A stretch of DNA of 64,000 nt from Phycisphaerae bacterium (GCA_963666835.2 CAXXGO010000001.1:1728001-1792000), one strand, 5' to 3'. Numbered from the stretch's first letter, positions 20,985 to 31,024 are shown. The notes: generated by a model not told the origin, from the sequence alone. Made by a program: numbers and translations.

Positions 20985-22458
20985 TTGCCCGTGGGCCTGC
21001 GGTGTCGGCGCTATACTCCTGGGTTTGGGCTTTCTAACGCCGCGGACGATGGCCGGCGAAGGAGATCCGAGCGCGCCGGAGCCTATCCCGGCGGCCCTTC
21101 TCAGGGCGATGCCGTCGGCGGCTCTTTTTGCTGCGGTGTTTGCCGGGCCGGCGGAGCAGGGGGCCGATGGGCGGACTTCGGCGGATCTTCGGATTGTCGC
21201 TCTCCTGGCCGCACAGGTTCAAGAACTCGGGCTCCTTTCGGGGACGGATTCGACCACGCGAATCTGGGTCGATGTTCTTGCAGCTTACGCTACCGTGGCG
21301 GAGTCTCCCTTCGGAATTACGCTCCTTGATGTTCAGGCGCAACCGCGAATGGACGGCGGCCATCAACTGGCCGGTTTGCGAGCTGCGCTCATTGTCCACT
21401 GTCGGCGCGAAGGCACCGAGCTTGAACGCCGGATCCAACGAGCCCTGAGCACTTACACCAACGACGAGACCGGCGTACTAACGACGCGTCGAGAAGGCAC
21501 GGACACTGTCTACGAACTCAGAGACCGACGTCTGCCGGATTGGGCGCTTCTGTCTTGGGGCTGGGTTGGCGATTCGTACGTGCTGGCTATCGGCGAAGAC
21601 GTGGTTCCGAGGGTCGCTTCTGCGGATCGCGAGCCCTCCTCCGGCCTGGCTGACGATACGTGGTTTCGGCGGGCCTTTGAGGTCGCGGACGGGCCGGGCG
21701 CATCCGTGCTGTGTTTTGCGCGTTTAGACGCTTTGCGAAACGGCGTTGCTCCGTCGTTGGCTCAGAAGATCGGCCGCGTTGGGGCCGCCCTTCGTCTTGG
21801 CGACGTGGATCGTGGCCTGTGGGCTTTTCGGTATGAGGATCGTGCTCTGGAGGCCGTCGGGTTTCTGCGCCGTAGCGGTGTCGAAGAGCGGGTGATCCTG
21901 GCGGGGCGCGAGCTTCTTGCTGATGACAGAGAACGGGTCGTTCCGGACGAAGCCAAGTCGTTCGCGGTGTTCGACGGCAGTGTGCGGCTCTTGTATTACG
22001 GTCTTAGAGACGCCTATCTGGCATCGTGCAGCCCCGGGTGGGCGGAGCGGTGTCGGCAGTTTTGGCGGGGGATCGAGCAGCGGACGGGGGTTTCGGTCGA
22101 TCGCGATGTTTTGCGGCGCTTGGGCCATACGTTGGTGATCCATGACTACCCCGCGCACCCCCTCCGCGTTCCGGCGATGTGGACTTACATGGTCCACCTC
22201 GACGGAAGAGGCGGCGCCCTTCGCGAGAGTATCACTCGGGTGCTGGAAGGACTTCAGCCGGAGTGCGTGAAGGAGACCGGATTCCGGTTGATGCAGGCTC
22301 CGGATGGAATCTGGCATTTGCAGTTGGGGCTGCTCGGTCCGGCGGTGGGTCTGACGGATGACTGGCTCATCGTGAGCTTCTCGCCGGAGGCGGTTCGGCG
22401 AAACATGGCTCGGTTGATGCCGGTTTCGGGGCGCGAGAAGGCTTCGATGAGGCAGTGA
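20956..22458 (+). CDS. Hypothetical exported protein (DUF3352-like)
   Basis: 500-aa ORF with signal peptide. Confidence 0.6.
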   Translation: MSTMTRLTRSCPWACGVGAILLGLGFLTPRTMAGEGDPSAPEPIPAALLRAMPSAALFAAVFAGPAEQGADGRTSADLRIVALLAAQVQELGLLSGTDSTTRIWVDVLAAYATVAESPFGITLLDVQAQPRMDGGHQLAGLRAALIVHCRREGTELERRIQRALSTYTNDETGVLTTRREGTDTVYELRDRRLPDWALLSWGWVGDSYVLAIGEDVVPRVASADREPSSGLADDTWFRRAFEVADGPGASVLCFARLDALRNGVAPSLAQKIGRVGAALRLGDVDRGLWAFRYEDRALEAVGFLRRSGVEERVILAGRELLADDRERVVPDEAKSFAVFDGSVRLLYYGLRDAYLASCSPGWAERCRQFWRGIEQRTGVSVDRDVLRRLGHTLVIHDYPAHPLRVPAMWTYMVHLDGRGGALRESITRVLEGLQPECVKETGFRLMQAPDGIWHLQLGLLGPAVGLTDDWLIVSFSPEAVRRNMARLMPVSGREKASMRQ

Positions 22459-22541
22459 GTCTCAACTGACATCTGAGAGGCACTCGAAGCGGCAGACCAT
22501 CTGGGGAGCGCATCGGGGCCGGCGACGATTCCGACGGACTG

Positions 22542-23774
22542 TTACGGATACCAGGCCTCGGCCATCGTACGGAACTTCAGGGAAGGTGGGGCGGGATCGA
22601 AGGACGTCCAATACAGAAACGACAGGTCCTCGTTGCGGAACGACTTGGCCAGGAGCCCGGATTCGTGCAATTGAGCGGGTCCCTCTATTCGGGGCAGACG
22701 TTGGTTTTTGGAGTCGAAGGCGACGACGACAATGGGGGCGAAGGGGAACTCGTGAACGTGCCGCACGACGACGGCGAAGCGTCCGTCCACCAGCCGGATT
22801 TTGGCGCCGATGGGAAACGGTTGGATGACCTTCGGGAAGACCTCCATCATAACCGGATCGTAGAATCGGCGGTGAGTGCCGATGGACATCTCCCACAGAG
22901 CCCGGACCGGTGACTTGCCCTCGCCCAGAACGCTGTCCCCCGTTGTGGCGTCGAAGGCGTCGGCGATTCGCACGATGCGCGGGAATACGTGCAGAGAAGC
23001 GCCGTCCAGGTGGTTGGGATAGCCGGTGCCGTCGTAGTTCTCATGGTGGTTCTTGATTACGATTCGTGCCAGTATCGGAAACTGCTCCGGAAGAGCTGCG
23101 GCACCCGTCGCGGGGTGCTCTCGGATCATCTCCTGTTCGGCACCGCTGAGCGATCGATCCAACCGAAGCAACGGCACCAGGGGTACCATGCCGACGTCGG
23201 CGAACATGGCTCCCAGACCCAGGGGCGTAAGGTCTTCGAGCTGCTTGGCATTAAGCCGGGCGACAGTTTGGCGCTTGCGTTCCTCAGCTACGTAGTCACG
23301 CAGAGCCGATCCCAGAAGCATACTGAGGTAGAAGACGTTCCCGGTCCGAACAGCCAGGAGATTGTCACTGTCAACGCAACGGGTCAGAAGCGCCGACGAT
23401 ACCGAGTTGTTCTTCAGAAAGCCGATTACCTCATCCACGGCGGCTCGGGCTTTGTGGAAATCAATCTCCCCTCCGCCCACCGCGGCCCGCCCTCCGTAGC
23501 GGTTCTGAACATCAGCCATGCACTTGGCTATCTTCGTCTGGACCCGGGTTCCGACTCTGCGATCCTGGGCGTCGTCCTGAAACTCGATGGCTTCGTCCAG
23601 GAACGGGTCGATTACGCGAACGGTGATGTTAGGGAACCTACGCCGTAGCGTCCGGATCTCGGGAGCGCGGAGGGGGATCCTGGCCGGGAGCTGTACGACC
23701 CCCTTTGAGATGATGGACTCCGCAAGCTGCATGCCGGGTTCCAGCTCGTCACAGGGAATCGCCAGCGGCATCAT
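22542..23774 (-). CDS. HD-GYP domain protein with degenerate HD motif
   Basis: HHENYDGTGYP and IADAFDA present; FADVG replaces LHDIG. Confidence 0.85.
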   Translation of the reverse strand: MMPLAIPCDELEPGMQLAESIISKGVVQLPARIPLRAPEIRTLRRRFPNITVRVIDPFLDEAIEFQDDAQDRRVGTRVQTKIAKCMADVQNRYGGRAAVGGGEIDFHKARAAVDEVIGFLKNNSVSSALLTRCVDSDNLLAVRTGNVFYLSMLLGSALRDYVAEERKRQTVARLNAKQLEDLTPLGLGAMFADVGMVPLVPLLRLDRSLSGAEQEMIREHPATGAAALPEQFPILARIVIKNHHENYDGTGYPNHLDGASLHVFPRIVRIADAFDATTGDSVLGEGKSPVRALWEMSIGTHRRFYDPVMMEVFPKVIQPFPIGAKIRLVDGRFAVVVRHVHEFPFAPIVVVAFDSKNQRLPRIEGPAQLHESGLLAKSFRNEDLSFLYWTSFDPAPPSLKFRTMAEAWYP

Positions 23775-24051
23775 TCATCCTCTTCGGATCAATAGGTTCC
23801 TTGGGCATCCGGCGACCGAACGCGACGAAGCACGCGGCAAGCGGCCGAGGTTCGGCGATCTAGACCGGTTCCGCCATCGGCCCGGCTCGGGATTCACCCC
23901 AAGCCGGAAACACCGTGTAGTGCTCTCAGATGCGCTGATCGCGCTTTCCTTCTGATCGGTCAGTCCTGATGGGCATCGTAGCCGGGTTGGGATGGTGCTC
24001 CCGCCCGGGCGACAGGGCCTCTTGTTGGCCGGGATTACCGGACTCGGGTGG

Positions 24052-25086
24052 TCAGCAGATTCGGGGTAGTTCCTCGCCGTAGGGACGCTGGATAACCCGC
24101 CGGCCGCCGGTGTGCGTGACCAATTCGGCAAGCGGCGGGGCGGCGTCGGTGATGCGGCCGACTATCGCAGCGTCTCGGCCTAGGGGGTGGCTTTGCCAGC
24201 AGCTCAGGGCTTGCTTCGCATCGCCGGCCGCGACAATAGCGAGGCACTTGCCCTCGTTCGCCACGGTCATCGGGTCAAGCCCGAAGACCTCCGCGGTGTG
24301 CCGGGCCGTTGGGGAGATGGGCAGCGCCGCCTCATCGAGCTCAACGGTCAAACCAGTGTCTTCGGCAATGTCGGCGACAACGCCGGCCAATCCGCCACGG
24401 GTAGGATCCCGCAGGAATTTGACGTCGGATCCGGTGTCGAGCAGGGTGCCGATCAGGTGGTTCAGGGGGGCGGCGTCGCTTTCGAGGCTGGTATCGAACG
24501 CGAGTCCCTCGCGGACCGACATGATCGCCAGGCCGTGGTCGGCGATCCGGCCGCTGATCATCACAACGTCTCCGGGAACCACCCGCCCGAGATCCAACCG
24601 TGCGTCTCTCCGAATCCGCCCGATCCCGGCTGTGGTGATAGTGAGCCCGTCGCCGCTACGCCGTTCGATGACCTTCGTATCGCCCGTTGCGATAACGACG
24701 TCGGCTTCCCGGGCGGCCTGCGCGACGGAGTCGATAATCCGATCGAGAGTGCTCAGGGGCAGTCCTTCCTCGATAGTCAAAGCCAGGCTCAGAGCGGTGG
24801 GGACCGCGCCCATTACGGCCAGGTCGTTCACCGTTCCGCATACCGCCAGCCGCCCGATGTCCCCGCCGGGGAACTCCAGGGGGAGGACGACAAAGGAATC
24901 CGTTGTAAACGCGAGGGGCAACTCTGATGCCGGAATAGTGGCACTATCGGCCAGGGGGTTCAGCAGCTTGTTGCCCAGACGCGGCAAGAAATGCTGTTGG
25001 ATGAGTTGCTTAGTCATCTCGCCCCCGCCCCCGTGCGCCATAGTCACCCGCGGAGCGTCGCTTTGTGTTGTGGAAGGTCCCGTCAT
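24052..25086 (-). CDS. hypE: Hydrogenase maturation protein HypE
   Basis: AHGGGG, TTDSFVV, GTVNDLA, RDPTRGG, ANEG, C-terminal PRIC. Confidence 0.97.
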   Translation of the reverse strand: MTGPSTTQSDAPRVTMAHGGGGEMTKQLIQQHFLPRLGNKLLNPLADSATIPASELPLAFTTDSFVVLPLEFPGGDIGRLAVCGTVNDLAVMGAVPTALSLALTIEEGLPLSTLDRIIDSVAQAAREADVVIATGDTKVIERRSGDGLTITTAGIGRIRRDARLDLGRVVPGDVVMISGRIADHGLAIMSVREGLAFDTSLESDAAPLNHLIGTLLDTGSDVKFLRDPTRGGLAGVVADIAEDTGLTVELDEAALPISPTARHTAEVFGLDPMTVANEGKCLAIVAAGDAKQALSCWQSHPLGRDAAIVGRITDAAPPLAELVTHTGGRRVIQRPYGEELPRIC

Positions 25087-25141
25087 CTGATCGCTCCTGC
25101 TCCGGTCACCCCAAGGACCGAGAACGAAGGGCTGCGCACCG

Positions 25142-26239
25142 TCATCCCGACTCTTTTTTCCGAGATACCGGTTCACGATCATACCTGAAGGCCGCCGCGC
25201 AGCTTCCCTCACTGCTTACCATGCACGGTCCGACCGGTTGGGTCGGGGTGCAGGCCGTTGCGAACAACCCGCACTGCTTCGGGGCCAGTTTTCCCTGAAT
25301 GACCTCTCCGCAGCGGCAACCTGGCGTCGGGTCGTCCGCGTCAAGGTCTACGTCGAACTGAACGCCGGCGTCGAGACCCCGGTATCGTTCCCGCAGGATC
25401 AGGCCACTGTCCGCTATTACTCCCATCGCCCGCCAGGCAACGGAGGCGGATTCGAACACTTCGTCAATTGTCCGGCGGGCCGCTTGGTTGCCGTTGTCGT
25501 TTACGACTTGCCCGTAGGTGTTCTCAATCCGGGCTTGGCCCGCGACTACCTGCTCGACAATAAGAAGAAGCGCGCCGAGCATCGACTGCGGCTCGAACCC
25601 CGCCACCACGCATGGTTTGGAGAAACGCTCAACGATGTCGCCGTAGGCTTGGGCTCCGATGATCGCGCTTACATGTCCGGGGCAAAGGAACCCGTCTATG
25701 GCGACGTCGTCTGCGGACAACAGAGCGGCCATTGCGGGGACCACCTGCTTGTGGGCGCACAGCATCAGGAAGTTCGACAGGTTCCGCCGCCGAGCCTCCA
25801 GGATTGCGGCGGCATGTCCGGCGGCTGTGGTTTCGAATCCGATTGCCAGGAACACGATCTTATGCTCGGGATTCGCAGCCGCGATCTCCAAGGCGTCGAG
25901 CGCGGAATACACAATCCGCACGTCGGCGCCGGCGGCCCGCTGTTGTTGCAGGCTGCCGTGCTTCCCCGGAACGCGGAGCATGTCACCATAGGTGCAGATG
26001 ATCGTGTTCTCGCGGAGTGCGATTTCGCATGCCGAATCGATGTAGCCTTGGGTGGATACGCACACCGGGCAGCCGGGGCCGCTGATAAGATGCACCAACT
26101 CCGGCAACATCGACTTGACGCCGCTTCGGTAGAGCGACACCGTGTGAGTCCCGCATACTTCCATTATGCGTATCGGGGCACGACCAGCGCACGCGGAGGC
26201 TATGCGTTGCGCGAGCATTCGGGGGGAGACCTCGTTCAT
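25142..26239 (-). CDS. hypD: Hydrogenase maturation protein HypD
   Basis: CGTHT, GPGCPVC, GFETT, PGHVS, GPCMVSSEGSC. Confidence 0.97.
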   Translation of the reverse strand: MNEVSPRMLAQRIASACAGRAPIRIMEVCGTHTVSLYRSGVKSMLPELVHLISGPGCPVCVSTQGYIDSACEIALRENTIICTYGDMLRVPGKHGSLQQQRAAGADVRIVYSALDALEIAAANPEHKIVFLAIGFETTAAGHAAAILEARRRNLSNFLMLCAHKQVVPAMAALLSADDVAIDGFLCPGHVSAIIGAQAYGDIVERFSKPCVVAGFEPQSMLGALLLIVEQVVAGQARIENTYGQVVNDNGNQAARRTIDEVFESASVAWRAMGVIADSGLILRERYRGLDAGVQFDVDLDADDPTPGCRCGEVIQGKLAPKQCGLFATACTPTQPVGPCMVSSEGSCAAAFRYDREPVSRKKESG

Positions 26240-26244
26240 ACTGT

Positions 26245-26559
26245 TCAACCCTCCGATTGGTCCTGGGATTGGCCGTCCTTGCCGCCCGAGCGCTGGGGCT
26301 GCTGTTCCAGATCCTCGTCCGTGGCGGTGTTGCACATAGACAGGTACTCCCAGGTCTCCAAGGCGTCCTTTTCATCGATGAGCTGGATGGCGAAGCCGGC
26401 GTGGACCAGCACCCAGTCACCCGGACGTGCTTCCGGAGTGAGGACCAGACTGGCGTTGACCCGGCTGCCCTGGAAATCAATGGTGCCAATGCGCGAGATA
26501 CCATCCGCGGCCGTCGGCGGTGAGGCCGAGATGATCTTGCCGGGTACCGCTATGCACAT
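26245..26559 (-). CDS. hypC: Hydrogenase chaperone HypC
   Basis: MCIAVPG, GDWVLVHAGFA. Confidence 0.97.
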   Translation of the reverse strand: MCIAVPGKIISASPPTAADGISRIGTIDFQGSRVNASLVLTPEARPGDWVLVHAGFAIQLIDEKDALETWEYLSMCNTATDEDLEQQPQRSGGKDGQSQDQSEG

Positions 26560-27695
26560 GATGTTGGGCTCCCCACTCGAGCTGCAGCTACCGCAGCCTG
26601 ACCAAGCGACAGGCCGTCGTCGCCGGGCGACAACTTGTTGTGGACCAGTATTCGACGCATACCCTGTTTTAGCAGAAGTTCGCTGACGCGTCGCTTCAGG
26701 ATCTGATTGAAGAAACAGCCGCCGCTAAGGGCGATCGTGTCCAACGATTCTCGTTCTGCGGCCTGAGTCGCTGCTTCGCAGAACATCCGGGCTACCGTTT
26801 CGTGAAATCGGCCGGCGATCATCTCGCGGGGCACCAAGCGGCAGACGTCCTCGCTGATAGCCGCGATCAGGGCGTCCAAGATGATCTCGCCGTCCGATCC
26901 CTCGCCGGCGATCCGGAAGGGATACGGCTCCATTTCCGTCGTTGTGGCGGTTCGTTCCAATTGGATCGCGGCCTGGCCTTCGGTTTCGTTGCGGTCGCAG
27001 CAGCCGATCAAGAATGCGACGGCGTCGAACAAACGTCCGAGACTGGAAGATGTCGGGCAGTTGAAGCCGCTTCGCAACATCGCCTCGACGGTCGCCAACT
27101 GCCCGCGGTCAACGCGGTCGAAGAGCCCCGCGATACGTGGGGGTACGTCATTCCCGAAGCTCTGTTGAACCAGGCTCAGTGCCGGCCGCCACGTGTCCCG
27201 AGCGGCCGCATCACCTCCGGGGAGTCTGAAGTACTGCAGATGGGCGTGCCGGGTAAACGCCGTTGAGGTCGCGGCAAGCACCTCGCCGCCCCACACAGCG
27301 CCGTCCGTACCGTACCCGGTGCCGTCACAGCAGATGCCGATTACCGGATCGGCCACCCCGTTCTCCATCATGCACGCGACGGTGTGGGCGTGGTGGTGTT
27401 GTACTCCGATCCGCGACTTCCCGTACCGGTGTGCGGCTTGGGTGGCCAGACTCGCGGGGTGCAAGTCATGGGCGACAGTAAAGGTCTCGTCGGCGAGTCC
27501 TCTGCGGATTCGATCCAGCCGGTTCCGAAAGCTGCGGTAGGCGGCCGCGTCGGTTAATGGCCCCGTGCCCGGGCTGACCGTAGCGTTCCCACCCTGCAGC
27601 AGGCAGATTGAGCCCTTCAGTTCGGCGCCGACGGCCACGATCGGTACCGCGCTGCTGATCGGCAGCGGAAGCAGGATGTCAGGATTGTGTTCCAA
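26550..27695 (-). CDS. hypF: Truncated HypF (C-terminal Kae1-like domain only)
   Basis: DLHP, QHHHAH, DGTGYGTDGAVWGGE, SSLGRLFD, LSGGCFFN, DDGLSLGQ; no acylphosphatase, Zn-finger or YrdC domains. Confidence 0.9.
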   Translation of the reverse strand: MEHNPDILLPLPISSAVPIVAVGAELKGSICLLQGGNATVSPGTGPLTDAAAYRSFRNRLDRIRRGLADETFTVAHDLHPASLATQAAHRYGKSRIGVQHHHAHTVACMMENGVADPVIGICCDGTGYGTDGAVWGGEVLAATSTAFTRHAHLQYFRLPGGDAAARDTWRPALSLVQQSFGNDVPPRIAGLFDRVDRGQLATVEAMLRSGFNCPTSSSLGRLFDAVAFLIGCCDRNETEGQAAIQLERTATTTEMEPYPFRIAGEGSDGEIILDALIAAISEDVCRLVPREMIAGRFHETVARMFCEAATQAAERESLDTIALSGGCFFNQILKRRVSELLLKQGMRRILVHNKLSPGDDGLSLGQAAVAAARVGSPTSCA

Positions 27696-27736
27696 CGGGA
27701 TCTCCGCAGGCGCTCTACCGCTGCTTAACTCGGCAC

Positions 27737-28141
27737 CTAGATGCCCTCGGGTGAGCGGTCCGAGCCGGTACTGAGCAGCCCGGCCAACTCCGCCAACTGG
27801 AACGGCTTTTCGATGCAGCGGATCTCGTCTGCCAGTGTGCTAGCCAAGTCCAACCCTGTCACTGTCCGGACGACTCGGGCCTGAGCGTTACGTTCACGGG
27901 CGCGTCTCTCCAGCGCTGTGATGGAGTCGATAGGCAACTGGTCTGAGGTGACTACCGCGTCGATGGCGTGATCGTCCAGAATGCGGTCGGCAGCCTCCAC
28001 CGATTCAACCGGGAACACGTCGTACCATTTACTCAGATACGTAGCCAGGGACCACCTCAGCAGAGCCTCCGGCTCCACAATGAGCAGGTATCCCACGCGT
28101 CCGTGGGGCAGGTGTCTATCGCCAGGGTGTTCCTCTGCCAC
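27737..28141 (-). CDS. Single-domain atypical response-regulator receiver
   Basis: LLIVEPE, DAVVTSD, IEKPF; GTG start at 28141 with AAGGAG RBS. Confidence 0.75.
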   Translation of the reverse strand: MAEEHPGDRHLPHGRVGYLLIVEPEALLRWSLATYLSKWYDVFPVESVEAADRILDDHAIDAVVTSDQLPIDSITALERRARERNAQARVVRTVTGLDLASTLADEIRCIEKPFQLAELAGLLSTGSDRSPEGI

Positions 28142-28169
28142 GATGTGGCTCCTTCCGTTCGCTTGCCCT

Positions 28170-28186
28170 TGCACACGCCGTGCCAA
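28170..28186 (-). promoter_or_regulatory. Sigma54 (-24/-12) promoter for the receiver-hypFCDE operon
   Basis: Minus strand TTGGCACGGCGTGTGCA; GG-N10-GC spacing; close to consensus YTGGCACG-N4-TTGCW; ~30 nt before the start codon. Confidence 0.75.
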
Positions 28187-28456
28187 GCCTACCCAGATGG
28201 GGCGAGTGCGGATCTGATCAGTCCGCCGGATCCGCGGGTGAGGCTCGCGGCGGCGGCTGAAAATGGGATGCCGGCAACAGCCGCGATGCTAGGAATGACT
28301 CTCCCGCTTCGGCCACGAACTCCAGTGGAGAAGGTCTATTTGGTGCATGAGTGTCTTGCCCTTGTGGATTCGACGAAGGGAGCCCGCGGATCGAAGCAGT
28401 CCGCCGGACACGCGAAGCGCGGTATCGTGCGACGCCACGTTGAATATAATACCCCG

Positions 28457-29665
28457 ATGGACCGGGATCTGTTTGATAAGTTCAAGTTGCAGTTGGATTT
28501 TGGCCCGCAGGATGTCGCCAACATGGTCGATGTGGCTGACACGTTTAGGCCGGTTGTTGGCGATGTTGTGGAGCGGTTTGTCCAAAGCATCCTCGGCGGC
28601 CCGGAGTCGCCGACCTTGCTGTCCGGGGGGGAGCCTCAGGTCGCGCGCCTACGGGAGCTGCTCAGATCCTGGCTGGAGCGTCTGTTCGATGAGACCATCG
28701 ACCTTGGGCGGTGTGAGCGTTTGCGGGCCCTAGGTGGCGCCCACGTTCGGGCGGGCGTGCCTCAGCATCTGCTCATCGCCGGGGTGGAGATGGTCTGGGG
28801 GGAGTTCGAGAGAACTGCCCGGGCGGCGGTATCGCTCCCGACGGATCGGGCACTCAGGTCCTTCCACAAGCTGTTGATGCTGGATCTGACCGTGATCCTG
28901 GCGGGCTACGAGGAACAGTACGCTGAGAAGGTCAGGAAGTCGGAACGGAGTGCGGTCGAGGAGAAGTTGACGCGCGCGGAGCATCTGGCGGAGATAGGGC
29001 AGTTGGCTGCTTCTTTGGCGCACGAGATCAAGAACCCGTTGGCGGGGATCAGCGGGGCGATCCAGATCATCCGCGATGCCATGTCACTGGATGATCCACA
29101 CCAGCCGATCATCACGGAGATTCTGTCGCAGATCAATCGGCTCGATGATACGGTCAAGGACCTGCTGCAGTACGCCCGTCCGACTCCGCCGCGTCTTAGC
29201 GCTTTCACCATGGATCAGGTTGTAGATCGGGTAATGAAGGTGCTACGGACGGAGCCGGCATTGCGGCGGGTGCGAGTTGAGTGTGGGCGAGTTCCCCCGG
29301 ATGTGTCGGTCTATGCCGATGACGCTCAGATTGAACAACTTATCATCAATCTAGTGCTAAACGCGGCTCATGCCTCTGAGGGTGAAGGGGGCATCCAATT
29401 GGCCGTCAGTGAAGAAGACGAAAGCGTGACTCTCGTGGTCAAGGATCACGGCAAGGGAATGTCGGAAGAAGTCCGCGAGCAGGCCTTCGAGCCCTTCTTC
29501 ACGACGAAAGCCCGGGGGACCGGTTTAGGGCTGTCCATTTGCAAGCGGATTGCCGAAGCGCATGGGGGCAGGATCGGAATGGCCAGCGAGCTTGGGCGCG
29601 GAACCGCAGTGACCGTTGTGCTGCCGCGCCGCGCACCGCATACGTTGCCTGAGGATAAGAGATGA
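28457..29665 (+). CDS. Globin-coupled sensor histidine kinase
   Basis: Sensor-globin N-terminus (WLERLF...GGAHVRAGV...KLLMLDL), His[32 protein letters not shown]. Confidence 0.9.
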   Translation: MDRDLFDKFKLQLDFGPQDVANMVDVADTFRPVVGDVVERFVQSILGGPESPTLLSGGEPQVARLRELLRSWLERLFDETIDLGRCERLRALGGAHVRAGVPQHLLIAGVEMVWGEFERTARAAVSLPTDRALRSFHKLLMLDLTVILAGYEEQYAEKVRKSERSAVEEKLTRAEHLAEIGQLAASLAHEIKNPLAGISGAIQIIRDAMSLDDPHQPIITEILSQINRLDDTVKDLLQYARPTPPRLSAFTMDQVVDRVMKVLRTEPALRRVRVECGRVPPDVSVYADDAQIEQLIINLVLNAAHASEGEGGIQLAVSEEDESVTLVVKDHGKGMSEEVREQAFEPFFTTKARGTGLGLSICKRIAEAHGGRIGMASELGRGTAVTVVLPRRAPHTLPEDKR

Positions 29666-31024
29666 CTGTTCGAGTTCTCATAGTCGAAGATGAAAAGCTG
29701 ATTCAATGGTCTCTGCGACAGAAGTTCGAGGCTCGGGGGTTTCAGGTGACCGGCGTCGAGGACGGCGAGAGCGGGCTCGCGGAGCTTGACCGCAACACCT
29801 TCGACTTAATTATGCTCGACTACAAGCTGCCGGACATCACCGGTTTGGATGTCCTCCGCAAGCTCCGGGCGATGGACGGCGACGTGGTCGTAATCATGAT
29901 GACGGCGTACTCGAGCATCGAAAGCGCGGTCGATGCCATCAAGCTGGGGGCATACGACTACGTCACCAAGCCGTTCGACATGGACGATTTGCTTCGCACG
30001 GCCGACAAGGCTCTGGAGACCACCAAGCTCAGACGCGAGGTTAGGGAGCTGCGGCGGCATATTCACCACGAGTACGGAATCGACCGGATAATCGGGCGGC
30101 ACCCGTGCATGCTGGAGATGTTCGACGTGATCGACCGGGTCGCCAGGAGCGGGGCATCGACGGTGTTTTTGCGGGGGGATTCGGGTACGGGTAAGGATCT
30201 GGTTGCTCGGGTAATTCACTACAACTCCGATCGGGCTCCGCGCCCCTTCATGAACATCACCTGTACGGCGCTGTCCGAGACCTTGCTCGAGAGCGAGTTG
30301 TTCGGACACGAGAAGGGGGGCGTTCACCGATGCGAAAACGGCGAAGAAGGGCCTTTTTGAGTTGGCCACCGGGGGCACGATCTTCCTCGACGAGGTCGGG
30401 GATATGCCGTTGGGATTGCAGGCCAAGCTTCTTCGCTTCTTGGAAGAGAGGACGTTCCGCAGGGTCGGGGGTACGACGGAGATTTCCGTCGATGTCCGGG
30501 TCATTGCGGCAACCAACCGCGATATAGAAGAGGCTATCGATCAGGGGAATTTCCGCGGTGATCTGATGTACCGGTTGAACGTGATCCCGATCTACCTGCC
30601 CCCGCTTTGTGAGCGGGGTGATGATACCAAGCTCCTTGCCCAGTATTTCGTTGCCCAGTTCGCCGGCGAGTTTCGCAAGCCCATGACGGAAATCGATGAG
30701 GCGGCGTACGAGAAGCTGCTGGGGTATTCCTGGCCTGGGAACGTGCGGGAGCTGCGTAATGTCATGGAGAGGGCGGTGTTGCTCTCTCGCGGAACGGTTT
30801 TGGGAGCGGATGACGTCGTGCTCGGTCGTGCCGATCAGACGCCGGGCAGCGCCGAGACCGGGTTTGTGCTGCCGACGCGGGGGCTGGACCTGCGCGAGTT
30901 GGAGAGCAACCTGATGCGTCAGGCGTTAGCCCGTGCGAAGAACAACCAGACGCAGGCGGCAAAGCTCCTGCGCCTCAGCCGCGACTCCTTCCGCTACCGC
31001 CTGGAGAAGCTGGGTCTGCTGTGA
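29662..31024 (+). pseudogene. Sigma54-dependent response regulator (NtrC family) split by a +1 frameshift in a G6 run
   Basis: Receiver, [17 protein letters not shown]; removing one G at 30315-30320 restores GAFTDA and fuses to GGTIFLDEVG, WPGNVREL and the Fis HTH. Confidence 0.85.

Noticed and set aside
25238..26686. Long antisense ORFs (482 aa here; also 7790-8839, 39719-40948, 58618-59682)
   Set aside because: Shadow ORFs opposite well-supported genes, expected in high-GC DNA.
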